Positions 50,023 to 64,000 of a stretch of DNA of 64,000 nucleotides are shown piece after piece. Location: the NCBI RefSeq assembly GCF_001194135.2, contig NC_069005.1:2353941-2417940 (forward strand), given 5' to 3'. The notes beneath the pieces are model-generated. The model worked only from the letters and a program-made list of their open reading frames with translations, searched no databases and was not told where the DNA came from. Numbering within the stretch: the first letter of the stretch is position 1; every line of letters begins with the position of its first letter. The translations under genes and the position numbers were made by a program. This DNA comes from Octopus bimaculoides. Its lineage: Eukaryota.

Positions 50023-50520
50023 NNNNNNNNNNNNNNNNNNNNNNNNNNNNNNNNNNNNNNNNNNNNNNNNNNNNNNNNNNNNNNNNNNNNNNNNNNNNNN
50101 NNNNNNNNNNNNNNNNNNNNNNNNNNNNNNNNNNNNNNNNNNNNNNNNNNNNNNNNNNNNNNNNNNNNNNNNNNNNNNNNNNNNNNNNNNNNNNNNNNNN
50201 NNNNNNNNNNNNNNNNNNNNNNNNNNNNNNNNNNNNNNNNNNNNNNNNNNNNNNNNNNNNNNNNNNNNNNNNNNNNNNNNNNNNNNNNNNNNNNNNNNNN
50301 NNNNNNNNNNNNNNNNNNNNNNNNNNNNNNNNNNNNNNNNNNNNNNNNNNNNNNNNNNNNNNNNNNNNNNNNNNNNNNNNNNNNNNNNNNNNNNNNNNNN
50401 NNNNNNNNNNNNNNNNNNNNNNNNNNNNNNNNNNNNNNNNNNNNNNNNNNNNNNNNNNNNNNNNNNNNNNNNNNNNNNNNNNNNNNNNNNNNNNNNNNNN
50501 NNNNNNNNNNNNNNNNNNNN

Positions 50521-50576
<56 letters not shown>

Positions 50577-51579
50577 CATATATATATAAATACATATGTA
50601 TACAAATATATAGATAGATATATATATATACATATGTGTGTGTAATTACTCAGACTCCGGAGTTATCTCATGTATGCTTTGTGATCTCGTTCTTACGCTC
50701 ACAGTGCACATAGGCCAACGTAGAAAGAAGACGGGGTGACAAACGAGTAAACGGTTATCTCCATTAGCTTACGGCTGTTTCCTCCATGTGATGTAGTGGA
50801 GTAACACCAAAGTGTTCGACTAGAACTCCTCAGCTGCTGCCTCAGCATGGCCGAATTCTAATAACAGAAACGAGTAAGAACAGAGGAAGAGTCACGAAGA
50901 GCAACGTAAATACTGCTGATGAGGCAGCTAAATGGTTGTGGCTGAAATGAGGCGATCGGTGCGGATCAGTGGAACGCTGCCGGGAAGTAGGGCTAGGTTT
51001 GATCAACTCAAATCAGGTCACCTAAATGAGGGGGGGATATTGTAAAACTCGTAACACATACGGAACCCAGGATATAATATTGATGAAGTGTTTGAGGATT
51101 GAATCCGTAGATGTGTTTATTTATATCTTTTATAGTTTTCTTATTCATTCCGCTTTGTATAATTTAGATATCTTTATACCTATCTCCATACTATATGTAT
51201 ACACATGTATATATACATATACACGCATGTATATACATATATATGTGTGTGCGTGTATATGTATAGCGTTGTTATTATGCAAAAGTGTCATAAGTCCAAA
51301 ACGTTGCTTTTTCAGAAAAAAATTGTATCACCATTCCATTTCTTTTTACACTAGCAGCAATTTGATCATAACGATAATACTGTTTTGGGTGCATAAAATT
51401 GTAACTCTATGCATGTATAATATTTTCAGTCTGAAATATTTTTTGTAAAAGTGTCATTTGTGGGACTAACAACACTTTTGAAAAATGCTAAACCATTATA
51501 TATATATATATCCTCGTCTGTTGTTATTTTTTGTATATTTTCCCATATATANNNNNNNNNNNNNNNNNNNNNNATGTAT

Positions 51580-51765
51580 TTGTGTTTCTGTGTTTGTCCC
51601 CCACCATCGCTTGACAACCGATGCTGGTGTGTTTATGTCGCCGTAACTTAGCGGTTCGGTAGAATAAGCACTAGGCTTACAAAGAATACGTCCCGGGTTC
51701 GAGTTGTTCGACTAAAGGCGGTGCTCCAGCATGGCCACAGTCAAATGACTGAAACAAATAAAAGA
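51580..51765 (+). mobile_element. SINE family B 3' half
   Basis: TTTGTCCCCCACCATCGCTTGACAACCGATGCTGGTGTG...GGCGGTGCTCCAGCATGGCCACAGTCAAATGACTGAAACAAATAAAAGAAT. Confidence 0.88.
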
Positions 51766-51799
51766 ATGTGCGCTCACACGCACGCATACATACATGTGT

Positions 51800-51965
51800 A
51801 TATACGATGGGCTTCTTACATTATCCGTTTACCAGTTCCACTCGGAAGGTTTTGTTACGCCCGTGCCTATAAACTATTATTTTCCATATTACCAAGATGT
51901 CAAGCAGCGGGATTGAACCCGTAGCCGTGTGATTAGAAAGTAAGCTCACATCACACACCCATTTC
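51800..51965 (-). mobile_element. SINE family B 5' half, diverged
   Basis: TACGATGGGCTTCTT...CCAAGATGTCAAGCAGCGGGATTGAACCC...CACACACCCATTTCTG. Confidence 0.65.
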
Positions 51966-52694
51966 TGAACTTCTTTTTAAAGACTGTACAACGAAATACA
52001 AGGAAGAATTTCACTGCTATTCTACTGCGGAGAGAAAGTCTAACGACATAATAACCATTGTGGTCGATTCGGCCAAAAGTTGTTTATCACAGAAGGCAGA
52101 CATTTTCATTTTTCCTTTTATCTCCGTTTTAGCGCCTCCAACTTCTTTGAGCCCAATTTTCCTGTCCAGATGCCAATCTGCTAACGTTAAAATAGACTAT
52201 AAATAATGTAAGCCCCATAAAGCTCTCTTTAATCTCTCAGCTTCAGCTGACGTCCAAGGAATATTACCGTTGATAATTTTACTGTCCAGAAATAATATAG
52301 AAAAGAAGATCTTCGTATGTGTTATGATTTCGCTTTCTATCAAGCCAGATCTAGCAGACTTATGATCAAAGCTATTCGATCTTATTAACTGCCACCTTGA
52401 AATTTATCCAAATATGAACTATCAACGACATTATCAAATGCGTCATTCCATTTATTAAATAGACTAGGTGTTATTTAAAAGAGAAATGACTGTTATTTCT
52501 AGCAGCATGAATGAATGTATAGCGACTCTTTTTTTTTTTTTTTTATTTAATAACACATTGCACTGGGTTTTGAACTCGCAAATCCCAGATAAGGAAATTT
52601 ATTTTGTTGAAGAAATCAATCTGATAATTTTATTTTCCTTCAGAGCAAAAGAAAAAAAGTGAAAGGAAAAAAGGAAAACGAACGGAAAAAATCC

Positions 52695-52772
52695 TTTTCT
52701 ACTCTAGGCACAAAACCCCGAAATGTTTGGGGAGGGGGCCAGTTGATTAGATCGACCCCAGTACGCTGGTCT
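52695..52772 (-). mobile_element. SINE family A 3' tail
   Basis: TTTCTACTCTAGGCACAAAACCCCGAAATG...GATTAGATCGACCCCAGTACGCTGG. Confidence 0.75.
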
Positions 52773-54029
52773 GTCAGCGCATACCTGTCCACTATCAGAT
52801 ACAGGATCTTGAGACCCCCACTCCCAGAGATTGGTGGTTGTTGGTGGAAGAGGGATCTCCTTCACGGATCCAGTATTTTCTATGCAAAGCAAAAGAGCAG
52901 GTGCTTAAAATTGATAATATGATTTTGAGGGACGATTTAAGTCAGCCAGATGACTTTATGATACCGAGGCAGGATAAGTTTTAACCATTTTCACCCGACT
53001 TTTCATACTTGACTTCCACTCAGCCCTGAGACTGACTGACCACTCTGCTGAAGACCATTTCCAAGTCCATATTTACCTGGAGCTCCGGTCCGAAGCAGAT
53101 CCAAGACATCTAACTGGGGCCTCTGTCTAGCAACAGAAATCGCTCCTGGATGACAGAGAAATGATTCGCTGAAGCTGTTGAGCATTTGAACAAACTGATT
53201 TGTTCTGTTTGATGAGCTCATCATAGGACAAAAACGATGAGAACCGAACACTGCTCTACACTAAAGCAACCACATAAAAAAAAAACTGTTCGCACAAATA
53301 AATGTCGAAATATTGCAACATAAAAAACAGAACCGATTCTATTAAAAGACACTCTTTTGTTTTATCTCTCTTACCAAAGGACTTTGTATATTCACTCTGC
53401 CGCTACTCTCTCACCCTCCCCCACGCTCTGTCTCTTTCAAGTCTTCTCTCTTTTGTCTTTCTCTCTCCCAATCTCTCCTTCGTTTCCATTCTTACATTAA
53501 CATGCTGTACAGCTACTAACGTTTAATTTATTAAGAATTAATTAGAAATAATTGAAAAATACTATCACAGGGACGAAGAAATAAATAACAACACGAACAA
53601 TATCGACAACAACAACAACAACAACAGAGAGCCAATAATCACACAAGTTTAAGTTTGCAGTAATGTGGTGGCGGTGATGGTGGAAGAAGAGGTGGTGGTG
53701 GTGGATGTGGTAGTGGTGGTGGTGTGTTGTGCGCACATAGAGGAGACGGTTACAAAGGAAGCTATGACATTATTAAAACAAATATTGCAAGACAAAAGTA
53801 CCAAAAGGCATAAGGCGATGTCACTCCAATCACGCCCAACACTACTCTAGCACCCACACACACATTTGTACCTTTTCATTCACTCGCACACATATACATA
53901 CATACATACATACATGCATATAACCACATGTATGCATGCACACATACATACACATACATACAAATTATATATTTATATATACATACGTACATATACAAAC
54001 ATGCATTCTAACATACATGTACACACATA

Positions 54030-54099
<70 letters not shown>

Positions 54100-54163
54100 C
54101 AAACATGCATTCTAGCATACATATACACACATAACTACATATAAACCTACACTCACATATCAC

Positions 54164-54199
<36 letters not shown>

Positions 54200-54244
54200 A
54201 GAAGCAAAAATAATTGCACAGACACGTACAATGAGGTAATACGC

Positions 54245-54295
54245 ATAGGTACATGGTAGTGGTGGTGGAGGTGCTGACACTAGTAACGATAGTAA

Positions 54296-54349
<54 letters not shown>

Positions 54350-54720
54350 CAGTAGTAGTGGCTGTCCTGTAGTAGTGTTGGCGGTAATACAGGTGGTTGT
54401 CGTGGTGTTGTTAGCAACCCTACTGGCTATTGTGGTGGTGGCGGCGGTGATGGTGAGTTTACACAGGTGGGTGGTAGTGATGGTGATGATGGTTGTGGTG
54501 ATGGCAGTGGTGGTGGTGGTGGTGGTAGTGGTAGTGATACGCGTGTTGTTGCTGGTGGTGGTGTTGGCAACAACGGAAGTGGTGGGGTGGTGGCGGAAGT
54601 GGTGGGGTGGTGGCGGAAGTGGTGGTGGTGGTAGTGATATTTGTACGTTGGTGGTGGTGATGGAGTTGGTGATTGTGACAGTATGAAGGTGGTAGTTTGT
54701 GGTGGTAGTGGTGGTGTTGG
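54245..54720. repeat. (GTA/GTG)n tract with a 20-bp tandem unit GGAAGTGGTGGGGTGGTGGC (about 54574-54620)
   Basis: Direct reading. Confidence 0.9.
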
Positions 54721-55261
54721 TGTTCTTGTAAATGTGACTACCTACACACACACATACTCTCACACAGATACACAAACACACACACACACACACACACGCA
54801 CGCATATAAATGCACGTGTAAACACCTATACCGATACATCCATGCTCACACCCATACATACACACATATGCGCATGCCCAAAATTACAAGTTGAGAGAAT
54901 TCTTTGTGGCAGCATCAAAACAAAGACGCACTTTGACCTAGCATGGTGTCAAATATATTAACGTCGTAAATTAATTTCTTGATTAATTCTAGAATTTTTA
55001 ATTATTAATTAGCTATCTTGAAAAGATGCTTTAAATAGACCAACTAGTTTCTGTTTTAATTATTAGTTTTAAATTTATTTCGTTTGTTAGTTTTCATGCA
55101 ACCATCCAGGCGTAGCATTTTTGTATTAAAACACATACAGAAGTTGAGGGAGAGAGAGAGAAAGACGGTAAGGGAAGAGAGAGAGAGAGAGAGTAAGAGA
55201 GGAGAGAGAGCGTAATTCTCTATGATTTTTATATCTATGCATAATAATTATATAATTATGC

Positions 55262-55335
<74 letters not shown>

Positions 55336-55376
55336 GTGTATGTATTTATCTTTCCGAATATATGCAGATATATGTG

Positions 55377-55438
<62 letters not shown>

Positions 55439-55734
55439 AATATATGTCAAGTGTAAACGGACCTCGTAGCCCCTAGATGGTAGATTATATGCTTTTAATG
55501 TATTGGGCTTTTTTCTAGGACATATTTTTCGTTCCTATTCCTTCTGCCTTTTGTTTATATTGTATGGTCTTGTTTTTTACTCTGATAAAGCTCCGTGCCT
55601 TAATTCGAATGTCCTATGAAGATGAAGGACTTTATTTTCGCATTTATTAATAGACAGCGTTTTGGCAACGGTTCGGAAACGGCCGTAAGATTTGTTACGT
55701 CACCTGTTTGTTATGTCATGCTTTGTATGTATGT

Positions 55735-55895
55735 GGGCAGACGACTGGCTGGATGGATCCTGAGAACATTCAGAAACAGAGATAAGGAAACCATGATGGT
55801 CCTATGGAAGACATTCTTCCTCAGCCGCCTGGATTACTGCTCCTAGCTATGGTCACCCAACAGTGTAAAATTAACAGCGGACCTTGAAGCAATCC
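55735..55895 (+). mobile_element. CR1/L2-group LINE late-RT fragment
   Basis: RRLAGWILRTFRNRDKETMMVLWKTFFLSRLDYCS*LWSPNSVKLTADLEAIQ matches G.I.R.F..R....L..L.K.....LEY....WSP......LE.VQ. Confidence 0.75.
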
Positions 55896-57372
55896 AATTC
55901 TTGTACCTATACACGTGAATACATGTACAAGCAGGGGTACAATGGTAAATATAGAAATTCATACCCACCTGAGACTCTGATAAACGTAGATTTACACACT
56001 ATCCTCCACGAAAAAAAATTTAATTTGTGTTCGTGGGAAGAGCCATTTTATCTATGCGTCCTGCCCTAACTCTTCGAAACGCCAGTGCTTTAATGGTGGC
56101 AGTTGATGAAGGATATGTCTTCTATGTGGCCTGCTTGTTTTTTGTAACTTGTTTATCATGTTGTCCATGTTTTTTTGCAACATCATGTACCCAGATATGT
56201 ATCTATATGTACATGTAGATGAAAGTATGTACATACATGTACATATATATGCATATACTTATATATTGTTTGTATATATATATATATATATATATATATN
56301 NNNNNNNNNNNNNNNNNNNNNNNNNNNNNNNNNNNNNNNNNNNNNNNNNNNNNNNNNNNNNNNNNNNNNNNNNNNNNNNNNNNNNNNNNNNNNNNNNNNN
56401 NNNNNNNNNNNNNNNNNNNNNNNNNNNNNNNNNNNNNNNNNNNNNNNNNNNNNNNNNNNNNNNNNNNNNNNNNNNNNNNNNNNNNNNNNNNNNNNNNNNN
56501 NNNNNNNNNNNNNNNNNNNNNNNNNNNNNNNNNNNNNNNNNNNNNNNNNNNNNNNNNNNNNNNNNNNNNNNNNNNNNNNNNNNNNNNNNNNNNNNNNNNN
56601 NNNNNNNNNNNNNNNNNNNNNNNNNNNNNNNNNNNNNNNNNNNNNNNNNNNNNNNNNNNNNNNNNNNNNNNNNNNNNNNNNNNNNNNNNNNNNNNNNNNN
56701 NNNNNNNNNNNNNNNNNNNNNNNNNNNNNNNNNNNNNNNNNNNNNNNNNNTTAATAAATTTCCTGATTTTCTTTTAGTTTAAGTGAATATAATTTTTCTA
56801 GAGTCTCATAAAGTATTTAGTTGTAAAAATTCTAGTGAAAAAACTATATTTGAAGTAAATAAATTTATATTTTCTTGAAATTTTTTTTTTTTCTGAGCGT
56901 GAACTTTAAGAACATATTCGCATTTTTCGAGGGAAAGGTGAAGGTCTATGTCCGTTCACTTTCTTATCTGAACAAAACAAATGTATTTATATTGTTAATA
57001 TAAACTTATGTATCATACCTATACAAGGCTGTGGAATCTCAAAAGCCTACCGACCTTGGAAGACCTGTAAACGTGGTAGACGTTGCTCTTCTTCTTCAGA
57101 CCCAGCAGGTAGAGCTGTCTTAGCCGCAATATAAGTACCTGGGAAAATTAAGAGGGTGGGTCTTATAGTATTTATTTATTGTCAGGCATCCACAGCAACA
57201 CGGCTCAGAATAGGGCTCCTAGATCTGTAAGGGCTCCGGAGAACTGCCGAGTGTGCCCATGATTAGTGTATACAACTAGTATGTTAAAAAAAAACACACA
57301 CAAAGCAGATCTTTCTGATTTTGAAACTAATGTTGACTAAAGAAATATTTAGTGACCATATTAGTGAATGGC

Positions 57373-57590
57373 AAGACGGCGAGCTGGCAGAGTGGTTAGC
57401 ACGCCGAGCGAAATGCTTAGCGGTATTTCGTCTTTCTTTACGTTCTGAGTTCAAATTCAACCAAGGTCGACTTTGCCTTATATCCTTTCGGAGTCGATAA
57501 ATTAAGTACTAGTTGTGTACTGGGTCGATCTAATCGTGTGGACCCTCCCCACAAATTCTGGCCTTGTGTGTTCAGTAGAAAAGAATATTA
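57373..57590 (+). mobile_element. SINE family A, full length
   Basis: AAGACGGCGAGCTGGCAGAGTGGTTAGCACGCCG...AAGTACTAGTTGTGTACTGGGTCGATCTAATCG...AGTAGAAAAGAATATTA. Confidence 0.9.
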
Positions 57591-59277
57591 ATCAATGAAA
57601 TTTTATGGAGAAAAATTATATTAAATCGTATGATATTTGCGCGTTGTTTTCAAATTTAAATTAATATTTTTTTATGCATCATGAATTTGGTATTTAGTGT
57701 CTCTCTGCTTAAAAAATGCCTACAGTGTTTGAGTAGGTGTATTAATCTGTTATATTAATTAAAATGTTATATTAATTAGTCTGTTATATCTTATCTTGAA
57801 CGATTATTTGTTTGTTATGTACTTCAGTCATTACGTATGCTGCATGGCCAATACATAATGACGCTTTTCTTTTACAAATCATACAAGTTAAATTTTTGAG
57901 CCCAAAGTTGTCAGCCGAAAAGAAAGATCGACTTATGTACCATGACGGCATTGGATGATCAAGAGTTCTATGAGAAATGCAGCGGAATAGGAAAGACAGT
58001 AACCATGTTTGATTGTTTACACTATAGAGTTGCACGATATACTGCGGAAGCTTGTATGTCTGAACATACGGTATCCAGTTTATGATAAATTATTTTCAAT
58101 GAACGCGAAGAAATAAAAGCCAGACATCTTCCAGGCAAGATTATCTTGTAGATTATATTAAATTTGAACTGATTTCACTCCCGGGAGCGAGAAATTAAGA
58201 TTCCTCTGAAAGGTTTTAGATCTCTGGTGAAATATCTCAGTAAAAGTTGGTTAAGATATACACCAGTCCTGAGAAATTCTTTGAATAATTCCCCATTTTC
58301 AAGATGTCTATTACGTTTGTGGTATGTCATGAGACAAGACTGATTCCTCATAATCTTTTAAGAACTCTAGCAAAGGACTGAAGAATGAAACAGCGCTGAT
58401 TTGTTGACTCATTTTCGACACCCATCTTAGCTCCACGTATTCATTTGCCATCATTATTTTATTTGATACTAAGAGATGGAGGGAAAGCGTGATAGAGAGA
58501 CAGAGAGATAGAGAGGGAAAGAAAGAGGTATCCTCAAATTGGAGGTCTGACCCGAATACTTGCAACACAATGGTGTCCTCTAATTTTTGGTGTTAACATG
58601 AGTAACTGGATCACTCTAGACGAGAAATATGAATGGAACACGAATTATTGCTCTTCTGTTTTCAATGGGCCACACAAGTAAACCACGCTAAAGCAGCGTT
58701 TGTAACTTTATTCACTGGATAATATATTTAGATCGCGAAGGCGTGTGGTCTGGTGTTTTGGACGTTGCATTCACGATCGCAAGATTTTGGTTTCTATTCC
58801 CAGAGCCGGCAGCACGTTGTGTTTTAGAACAAAACACTCCATTTTACGGTGGTCCAGACCATTCAGCCTTAAATGGGTGAACTGGAGTTCAATTCTGGGG
58901 AAATGTTAGCCTGGCCGTCTAGACAACCGGAAGGCCACATTCGAAAGTGACAACAAAACGAAGTGTTGATATCAGCGGTGTTTAACAACATCAGATTGTC
59001 TAGCCGATTCATTGATACTTAAATCTGATCAAAAGTTTTCTTGATTAAAATCTAATTTATCGATATATAAATCTTAACATTACAAACAACATCGTTTCTT
59101 GTTTATTATTATAATTGTTATTATTATAATTGTTATTATTATTCTTGTTTGGGTGTGTGAGAATTACAGCTCGGAAAACAACAATAATTTCAAAATATAA
59201 ACAAACATCGCATCCAAAATGAGGTATTATTATTCCATTATGAATAAAAATGTCTACGTCAGTGTAATTTGTCTTTT

Positions 59278-59425
59278 ACGTGTTTCATTCATTGAACAGC
59301 GACCATTCTGGGGCACGTCCTTGAAGTGTTTAATCAAGCAAACCGATCCGTGTACTTCTATGTTAGATGTGGTATTTATTCCGTCGGGCCTCTTTTGCCT
59401 AAGTCCGCAGACAAACCCCCACCAA
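59278..59425 (-). mobile_element. Old SINE family B-related 3' half
   Basis: GTTTCATTCATTGAACAGCGACCATTCTGGGGCAC...TATTTATTCCGTCGGGCCTCTTTTGCC. Confidence 0.6.
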
Positions 59426-59429
59426 TCAT

Positions 59430-59715
59430 TTGTCTCCAGAATTCCTTCTTCTGCACTGCACTTGGTAGATCGCTCTTTAGTACAACAGAATCTGCAGCCA
59501 GTTGGTCAATAAATGTCCAAGCAAATAGACTCTTATGTGCGTTGGTTCCGTGTGCTGGTTCTCACTTCAGCAGTTGACCCAGTACTTCATTCTTGCTACG
59601 AAAGCAATGTCCACAGAATCTCTGTCTTCTTTCCATTAAGGTGGAAGTAATTCTTCGAAGATTACCATAAAGAATCTGGTCTGTTATATGGGACTGACAG
59701 TTCATGTTAAACGCT
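59430..59715 (-). mobile_element. RTE-X-like LINE 3' coding end
   Basis: SHITDQILYGNLRRITSTLMERRQRFCGHCFRSKNEVLGQLLK*EPAHG...TFIDQLAADS....DLPSAVQKKEFWR matches H.TN..LYG.LP..S.....RR.R.AGHC.R...E....L..W.P.HG. Confidence 0.8.
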
Positions 59716-61564
59716 AATCTCAGACGTCTTAGTTCCAGCTAATTCTCTTACTAAGTACCTTAGTTTGAGTGCATAGCGATTATTAGATATTCAATATGCA
59801 TTAACAATTCTGTATGTTCCTACTTATTACCACTAATGCAAGAAAACAGTGCAGAATAGTAAGAATATCGCACTAATTAAAATTTAATATAATTGTGGCA
59901 ACACTTGGGAATATTGCCATTAACACACTGGCTATTACTAAAGGTCTGTTATATTATCACTTAACACAATCAGTAGAACTTTAATGATGTGACTGCGTCT
60001 TTTACTGATAACCGTAGATAGCAATACATTAATAATTACGATATCTCCGCCATATCTAATTTGATATCACTGTCACACATTTTACATTTGCATTGCTAAT
60101 GCTATTGAACAATAATCAATACCAATGTACGAACGACTGTAAAATACCTTGTCAAATATACATTAAATTATCATCGATATAGATGTTGGAATAAACCGAT
60201 TTTTATTCTGTTTACAGTTTGTGTTACAATCATTATTATACTTTACTGCGGTTTCCATTATATTTTTATTTTTGATGCACATATAAATATAGTTTAATGT
60301 CGCCATAAGTATGTTATAAGTTATTAAGTAGATTTTATGGAATCACCTGTGTTATATCTGCAAAATCTTGGTTTGGTCTCACTTTTAGTTGGCGCATATG
60401 CATTTAATGACATCAGGAAATTCATCAGGTTTAACCAAAAAGGTGTTAAATATACACACAAACACACACACATACGAACACACACTCACACACACATTAC
60501 TGTTCTGTTGCTAGTAGGATCAGCAATAAAATACTCCATCAAATGAGAGTTAGATATAATTTAATATACACAGTACTTAGACATGAGGTACTAATAATTT
60601 CATGATGACGAATCACAATACGTTGGTAGTGTTATATATCATGCCCTGTGTCTCCAAGGAATCATCCAAATTCCATTACAAATGGATGGTTTTATTTGAA
60701 ACACCGAGAACGCTTCTCTATGAGAAAGCACGAGAGGAATCTGAATACAAAAAGTGGAATGAAGAAAACAAAAGGTAAATAAAAATGGAAACGAAAAAAA
60801 GAAAACCAAGAGTTGTGTCTTCTTTGTCCAACGAAACCATAACTAATAAAGTTGTGAAATAATTCATCGGTGAAGAAGCGAAAGTCTGTGAGACAGCAAG
60901 CTCAATCCGGAGAGGGTGGCGTCCTCCAGTCAAACAAAAAAACTTGTCCATGCGCATGCATCTGTGAAAAATTTCAGTTCTGAATTTAATGTAATCGAAT
61001 TTTTGGTTTTGAAAATGTGATAGCTTTCGGCTACATATAACCAACAATACTTTCATCCATTTACATATGACACGGATTTCTCCATGAAGCTCCACATGAC
61101 TGTATGTGGCGTGGAGTTGGTCTTCAGATCCGTTTATGGCCAACCAGCTTTGTGGCTTTATTCTTGTGCATTTGTCGGAAAGAGGACTGGTGCTTTGAGT
61201 ATCTTCTTTTAAAATGGCCTACGCATAAACCGAACCGATTTATCTTTTAGTTTTCATAATTTTTCAGCCCTGTTATAAACGACCGGGTTTATTAAGCATG
61301 CCTCATCGAGTGGGAAAGCTTCAGCGGCCCCCAATTTCAATAAACATAAAATCAGAACCGTACATATTTAGATGCTGCGATTTTTCAGGATTAACTAGAT
61401 ACAAATCTAGTTACCTTACAAAAAATTTCCGGCAATTTGAAAGAAACCATCTTCAAATCTTGGTTCATATTAACTGGGATGTCTCTGTTAGTATGATATA
61501 ATAGCAAAATGAAAATTTATACCAGAAAAAATATAAAAAAAGAGTGTGTGTTTATATGTGCGTA

Positions 61565-61700
61565 TGTGGCGGGAGGTGTGAATAGATTAAACCAACTGCA
61601 GTATTAAAATAGTACTGCATTTTATCGACCCCCAGATAAATGAAAAGTACGTTTTTGATTTCTGTGGGATTTGAAATAAGAACATAAAAAAGAGTTAAAA
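61565..61700 (-). mobile_element. Highly diverged SINE family A
   Basis: TTTTATCGACCCCCAGATAAATGAAAAG...GGGATTTGAA. Confidence 0.5.
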
Positions 61701-62445
61701 AATGCAAGGCTTTTCGACAACATTCTAAAAGTCCTCGACATTTTTTTAAATAATTATTCATATATACTTTTACTAAACAGCAAGTTGAATTAGAAAAGAA
61801 AAATATATTTATATATTTACATTTGAAAATTGAGAAAATCAATTTATTTTATTAAGAACGGTACGAAATATATATATTTCTTCTTCAATATGTTTCTTTA
61901 GTTGTAACAGTCTTTTGTGCATTTTCTTACATTTTTTATGTGACGTTTACCAAACACACATTCACACATACACGCACACACATACACGTGTACACACGCA
62001 TGCACTCACACCCTACCACACTTATACACATAATTTTTTGATCCCTAAAGAAATACGAAGCTATTTATACATTTTATGTATTCAAATTGACAATATTGAA
62101 TATACCGAAAAATATAGGCTGATAAAATAGAATTATAGAATTATAAGATACAGAAGAAGAAAATATCAAATTAGATATACATCTGTCTAAATATATATNN
62201 NNNNNNNNNNNNNNNNNNNNNNNNNNNNNNNNNNNNNNNNNNNNNNNNNNNNNNNNNNNNNNNNNNNNNNNNNNNNNNNNNNNNNNNNNNNNNNNNNNNN
62301 NNNNNNNNNNNNNNNNNNNNNNNNNNNNNNNNNNNNNNNNNNNNNNNNNNNNNNNNNNNNNNNNNNNNNNNNNNNNNNNNNNNNNNNNNNNNNNNNNNNN
62401 NNNNNNNNNNNATATATATACACACATGCATACATATATATACAT

Positions 62446-62508
<63 letters not shown>

Positions 62509-62765
62509 CAGATGCATATATACATATGAACGCATATACACGTAGATATAAGAGTATCTATGCATATGTTTGTATCTTTATATATGTATACATATATGCG
62601 CATATATATATGTATGTGTATATACATATATATATTTATATATGCATGTAGTTTCATATATACGTTTATAAATATACATGTATATATATATTTATATATA
62701 GATACGTGTATATATATATATATATGCACACACACACACATATATATACATACAGACACACACAA

Positions 62766-62819
<54 letters not shown>

Positions 62820-63891
62820 NNNNNNNNNNNNNNNNNNNNNNNNNNNNNNNNNNNNNNNNNNNNNNNNNNNNNNNNNNNNNNNNNNNNNNNNNNNNNNNNN
62901 NNNNNNNNNNNNNNNNNNNNNNNNNNNNNNNNNNNNNNNNNNNNNNNNNNNNNNNNNNNNNNNNNNNNNNNNNNNNNNNNNNNNNNNNNNNNNNNNNNNN
63001 NNNNNNNNNNNNNNNNNNNNNNNNNNNNNNNNNNNNNNNNNNNNNNNNNNNNNNNNNNNNNNNNNNNNNNNNNNNNNNNNNNNNNNNNNNNNNNNNNNNN
63101 NNNNNNNNNNNNNNNNNNNNNNNNNNNNNNNNNNNNNNNNNNNNNNNNNNNNNNNNNNNNNNNNNNNNNNNNNNNNNNNNNNNNNNNNNNNNNNNNNNNN
63201 NNNNNNNNNNNNNNNNNNNNNNNNNNNNNNNNNNNNNNNNNNNNNNNNNNNNNNNNNNNNNNNNNNNNNNNNNNTATATATACATATACACACAAATATA
63301 CATATATGTATATAGTCTGTAAAGACGCATATAAACTTTTGAGGGAGAGGGGAAGTGTGAGGCAGACAAACTAAATTATTGAATATTAAGTTACAAGGTT
63401 ACAAGCAAATTTCTTTTTTCATATTCCAATATAATTTCCATAATTTTGTAATAAAAATTTGTGTATGTAATAATTGTATAAGGATACAATACAAAATGGT
63501 AGAAAATAAACGACGTGAGACATCAAAAAGTATGGAGAAACTGCGAAAGACTAATTTATGTAGCGTTAGTTATTTGAATAGATAACTAGTATATTTGAGA
63601 TCGCATTGCTATGATTATAAATTTGCGCTCCTTTATAAGTACAAGCATAATTCTCTGCAATTTAAGATCCAAAATATTTGTCTTATCAGCAAAAATTTCA
63701 ATTGAACGTTCAGTTTAGTGTTAATATGTTTAATATACATGTTAGAAAATATTATAGGTTGGATTAAACCAACCTATATTATTTAATGTTCATGTAACAG
63801 TTTTTTGTCTGATTTGATATACCTGATCAACTAATTGTATATTCATAAATGATAATCTTTATAAACAAAGATATATCTAGTGTAAGAGATA

Positions 63892-63967
63892 TATAGTTTA
63901 GCTTAATCGGTCTAGAGCACCACGACGCGTAATCACGGAGGTGTGAGTTCGAGTCTCGTAGCTGGCC
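63892..63967 (+). pseudogene. tRNA-Thr(CGT)-like pseudogene or tRNA-derived head
   Basis: Box A TAGCTTAATCGG, box B GAGTTCGAGTCTC, anticodon loop CG-CGT-AA, and a T-run at about 63976-63980. The acceptor 5' strand TATAGTT pairs only partly with AGCTGGC, the anticodon stem CACGA/TCACG is mismatched, and position 33 is G instead of U. Confidence 0.6.
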
Positions 63968-64000
63968 GCCAACACTTTTTCTGCAAAATAAGGGTAGTTT

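Noticed and set aside
58311-58480. Peptide VELRWVSK...PLLEFLK reminiscent of the hAT transposase RW motif
   Set aside because: It is too short and degenerate to assign without a search.

Overview
AT-rich, repeat-saturated metazoan DNA with about 19 N-gaps, most of them bordered by (TA)n/(CA)n microsatellites. The SINE families and microsatellite load suggest an octopod cephalopod such as Octopus; this is an inference from memory of those repeats, not a database result. No intact protein-coding gene is recognisable, and the long ORFs in the supplied track are microsatellite or N-gap artefacts. Supported content: (1) many copies of three tRNA-derived SINE families, labelled A, B and C here; (2) decayed retrotransposon fragments of the HERO-like RLE, R4/Dong-like RLE (two copies), L1/Tx1, RTE/Expander, RTE-X and CR1/L2-like types; (3) DNA-transposon relics, namely a DD37D Tc1/mariner, a mariner C-terminus and MITEs; (4) several Penelope-type termini and foldbacks with degenerate minimal hammerhead-ribozyme motifs; (5) a degenerate tRNA-Thr(CGT)-like sequence at the right end; (6) a possible minus-strand host gene, seen only as a CpG-rich promoter-like patch and a 38-nt exon candidate. 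I found no convincing novel system. The best leads are the hammerhead relics, the (TAA)n-centred Dong-LINE/SINE-A clusters and the inverted SINE pairs. Repeat boundaries were set by eye and are approximate.
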